From positions 372,001 through 436,000 of the forward strand of contig MU004197.1 of NCBI GenBank assembly GCA_010093605.1: DNA of 64,000 nt. The letters run 5' to 3'. This document shows positions 60,367 to 64,000 of this stretch, one piece after another. This DNA comes from Lophium mytilinum. Taxonomy: Eukaryota. Under the pieces are notes generated by a model. The model did not search any database. It worked only from the letters and a program-made list of their open reading frames with translations, and had not been told where the DNA came from. Both the position numbers and the translations under genes were made by a program. How positions within the stretch are numbered: the first letter of the stretch is position 1; each line of letters starts with the position of its first letter.

Positions 60367-62190
60367 GTTTGCGGGGTGAGAGATGAAGAGAGAGAAGTAG
60401 AAAGTTGAGGTAGAGAGTAGAGGCTAGAGGCTAGAGAACACCAAGTTGAAATTAAGCTTGAGAGACTACGAAGGTAGATACATGGCGGGGTCAAGCTTCG
60501 GTTGAGCTTTCGAAAATAGTTTCGAGAGAGCTCCCTTCGGGTCTAGTGTATGATAGTGACGTAATTGACCTCATTCTTTAGGAATTTAGCTACCGAAGAA
60601 CGAGAAAACAAAGTTAAGGAATGCTTGATTGATGTGGCGATGATGGGATAGGGGTTTGATAGAGGATGTGTGAGTGGGACACCAACGTGCGACTAATATG
60701 CTGCCACTGCGGCCAATCAAGACCCGTCGGAGGAGAGATCTGCGCTACCTTTCTCAGCTGAAATATATCTCGGGAGTAGTATTTGCACCTTGTTCTTGCC
60801 GTTTTACGAGAATGACGAGACAACATGGCCTTCTGCTTGTCGTAGCTTTGAGGTGCGATCAAGAGAGAGAATCTGAAATATATTCGTCACGTGACTTGAA
60901 ACAACTGAGCAGGCGTCTCAAATAGTGGTGCTGAGATGGCGCCTGACGTATTATCCTCAAGGACGACTATAAAACAAGACAAAATCGAATCAGAACTGCA
61001 AAGATGCCAGGGAACAGCCTCGCCCACCGGATGTTTCCTGTGTTTGAGTTTAAAGGACCATGATGATGAAAGCTACCGTTACAGGCGCGGTCAAACTTCC
61101 CAATCTAAACTCTGCCCGGGATACGGCTGAGACCTTCGGACTAGACCCGTTCCTCCTTCTTGACATTTGGCACAGCTCGGGTAATTTGATATTGCTTGTA
61201 GGAGAGGCGAAGTAGCACGTACGGTGCAGACAGATCGTATTGGAAACGGGTGGGTGCAGTATTCTGAATCTCAGCTGGTTCCACTCATTCCGTATGCCTC
61301 CGTATAGGCTGTAAAGAGTAGTCATGGGTAAGAGCGGATGTACGGCTTTTCGGAGAGATGTATTGGGAAATCGTTGTTACAATTGTCAGCTCTTAAAGCT
61401 CCTCTCCTAATATGTACAGTGCCATTGCTGCCTTTGCATTCCATCCAGTCCCCGATATCTCCTCGATCGACCCATCGTTCAATGATCCCAAGGGTGTTTC
61501 CAGCCGAGCATATGGGGCAGGTCTTGCTTCGCTCGGTACATCAACTGCGGCTGCGCATCAGTGTCTAACCTCCACAGTTTTGGATGTAGTACATACGAAG
61601 AACCACATGCTTGCGCCTAAGCCAGTGGCGGCGAATCTGTAGAGCGGGCGGACCGGGTGGATGTGGATGGGATGGGGGATTTTGCCGGGGCCAGCCATGG
61701 TGAAGCAGTCGAGCTCTGGGCATAGTCAGTATGGTTTTGCCTTATCTACCAACATAGCATCTACTCACTTGCTCTGGACTTGGGCAATGGCTCTATTGTG
61801 GGTTGCGGTGGGAGGATTGACGATGCGTATCCGCAATGTTGCTGAGGTCGTCCACCAAGCCCGCTAAGTCCAGATGGGGATGGCGCCAAATCGGCGGCGG
61901 CATCCCTGCGCGCAGCGGAAAGTGAGGTCGTTCGTTGTCGCGACGGGGTGAACATCGTTGCTATTGTCCCCGCCGTGAATAGCCTGCGAGTCCTATTGTG
62001 ACGCATGGCCTCCCAGCCCCCTCAATACCTCCGCGCTGAAAACTCTTCCTCTCGCCCTCCCGTCCTCATGTCCTACAACCTCCTCCTCCTCAACAAACCT
62101 TCGAACCCATCAACCTCATCACCGTAAATCGCGGGCGCTTTACGACCTGTACTCCCCCTCAATCCTCGAATCGCGATTCTATCCTCCATC

Positions 62191-64000
62191 ATGGCTCAGT
62201 CTCCGGAGACTACGCCCCTCAAACCCATCGCGCGCCGCTTCCATGGCTGCTCCAAGATCGACGAGTACGATATCATGAGCAAGCTTGGCGAAGGCACCTT
62301 TGGCGAAGTCCACAAGGCTCGACAAGTCCGCACCGGTGCCATTGTCGCCATGAAGAAGATTCTCATGCATAACGAGAAAGACGGCTTTCCGATCACCGCC
62401 TTGCGAGAGATCAAGCTACTCAAGATGCTGTGTCACGACAACGTCCTGAAGCTGGAAGAGATGGCCGTTGAACGCAAGAAGGCAGCGGGCAGGCAGCGTG
62501 CTATTCTCTACATGGTTACTCCGTATATGGATCACGACCTTTCTGGCTTGCTCGACAACCCCGAAGTCCACTTTACAGAGCCCCAGATCAAGTGCTACAT
62601 GCTGCAGCTCTTCAAGGGTCTGCAGTACCTACATGACAACCATATTCTCCACCGAGACATGAAGGCTGCGAACCTGCTCATCAACAATAAGGGACGCCTC
62701 CAGATTGCCGACTTTGGACTTGCTCGCCACTACGAAGAGCCTGTGCCACGCAAGGGAATGGGCAACGGAAGCGCGAAGCGGGATTACACCCAGCTAGTTG
62801 TTACGAGATGGTACCGCCCACCGGAGCTTCTCCTATCACTCCGTCGATATACGCCGGCCATCGACATGTGGGGAGCTGGTTGTGTTTTTGGAGAAATGTT
62901 CAAGCGCAAACCTATCCTGGCCGGTACGAGCGATCTCAATCAAGCACACATCATCTTCGACCTTGTGGGAGCTCCAAACGACGAATCCATGCCTGGATGG
63001 CGAGACCTGAACGGTTGCGAGGGTGTCAAGCAGTTCCCTCCAAATCCGAACCCCAAGCTCGCTCATGTCTTCCGGGAACTGGGACCCTATGCCATTTCCC
63101 TTCTCAAAGCCCTTCTGACACTCGATTGGCGCAAGCGAATCAATGCCATCGACGCCATCGACCATCCGTACTTCAAGATGGATCCGAAGCCGATGCGCGA
63201 GGAGGATATCCCCACATTCGCCGATTCACACGAACTTGACCGTCGCAACACTCGCGGACAGCGACCGCTCCCTCCAGCACCAGCTGGCGGCGCTGTGGGC
63301 ATGCCTGATTGGAACGGTAATGGCCCGCCACCGACCAACGGCCCCTGGATGAACGGCGACCGTCGCGGCGGTGGACCTCAGGACCGCGGACCCCCAGGCG
63401 TTGGACCACCCCCAGGAGGCTTCAATCGGGGAGGAGGACCTTATGACAACCGTCGGGGCGCGTACGACCAGCGAGGCCCTCCACCTCCACCACCACGTCA
63501 CCAGCACCAGCCATATCGACCGGACAATCGCAATCAGGGCCTTCCGTATGACGACGCTCCCCCTCGTCACGGCAACCTCCCTCCACCACCGGATGGCAGA
63601 CACCCACTCCCGCACCCTCCTCCTCATAACTACGCTGGACCTGGCAATCGTGGTCCACCTCGACATGGCGACAACGGCGACAGATACGTCCCGCGCTACG
63701 ACGGCTCGCGCGATGATCGAGACCGCCACGACCGCCGCTCTCGCGAGTCTGACGATGTGCGCTCTCGGGATGATCGACGTGGTTCTCGAGACTCAGGCAA
63801 TTCGAGGGATGCGCAGAGCATGGAGCGTGGCAGACCACCAAGCCGGGATGATAGGGGAGGGTACAGGCCACCGAGTCGTGACGATCGGGCGCAGGGAGGA
63901 TATAGACCACCGCGCGACTACGGACGAGACATCAAGAGAAGCAGGACCCGGAGTCCAGACAGAGAGCGCGAGAATCAGAGAGAACGCGAGAGGGTCAGGG
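62191..64000 (+). CDS. BUR1: Cyclin-dependent CTD kinase Bur1/Sgv1 (CDK9-like); runs off the window end
   Basis: [48 protein letters not shown], then a Pro/Arg/Asp-rich tail with no stop before 64000. Confidence 0.93.
   Translation, partial: MAQSPETTPLKPIARRFHGCSKIDEYDIMSKLGEGTFGEVHKARQVRTGAIVAMKKILMHNEKDGFPITALREIKLLKMLCHDNVLKLEEMAVERKKAAGRQRAILYMVTPYMDHDLSGLLDNPEVHFTEPQIKCYMLQLFKGLQYLHDNHILHRDMKAANLLINNKGRLQIADFGLARHYEEPVPRKGMGNGSAKRDYTQLVVTRWYRPPELLLSLRRYTPAIDMWGAGCVFGEMFKRKPILAGTSDLNQAHIIFDLVGAPNDESMPGWRDLNGCEGVKQFPPNPNPKLAHVFRELGPYAISLLKALLTLDWRKRINAIDAIDHPYFKMDPKPMREEDIPTFADSHELDRRNTRGQRPLPPAPAGGAVGMPDWNGNGPPPTNGPWMNGDRRGGGPQDRGPPGVGPPPGGFNRGGGPYDNRRGAYDQRGPPPPPPRHQHQPYRPDNRNQGLPYDDAPPRHGNLPPPPDGRHPLPHPPPHNYAGPGNRGPPRHGDNGDRYVPRYDGSRDDRDRHDRRSRESDDVRSRDDRRGSRDSGNSRDAQSMERGRPPSRDDRGGYRPPSRDDRAQGGYRPPRDYGRDIKRSRTRSPDRERENQRERERVR

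Overview
Filamentous ascomycete genomic DNA with spliced genes and GT..CTRAY..YAG introns. Ordinary genes lie at both ends. Left: RNase H-domain gene, NOP2, a sugar transporter, a Zn2Cys6 transcription factor, a dienelactone hydrolase and a membrane protein. Right: F-box, Myb-like, HET, aspartokinase HOM3, a CMAS-type methyltransferase and BUR1 kinase. Between them is a ~30.5 kb island (~17.4-47.9 kb) bracketed by two long, degenerate tandem arrays of the same repeat family in inverted orientation. The left array has ~18 units (core GAGCCACCTC) and the right ~60 units (core GGCGTTTGAGGTGGCT). Core-to-core spacings (65, 97, 108, 150, 161, 190, 202 bp) are all close to whole multiples of ~10.7 bp. 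The island holds an intact, spliced piggyBac-type DDD transposase gene, a protein with a C-terminal Myb-like motif, a large Ser/Pro repeat protein, an orphan gene and apparently decayed sequence. This is a candidate giant, cargo-carrying, array-bounded mobile element, but I could not find its terminal inverted repeats or target-site duplication by eye. A separate 495-bp MITE-like element with 54-bp TIRs sits upstream of the HET gene. Coordinates were hand-counted (about +/-2 nt for repeat cores).
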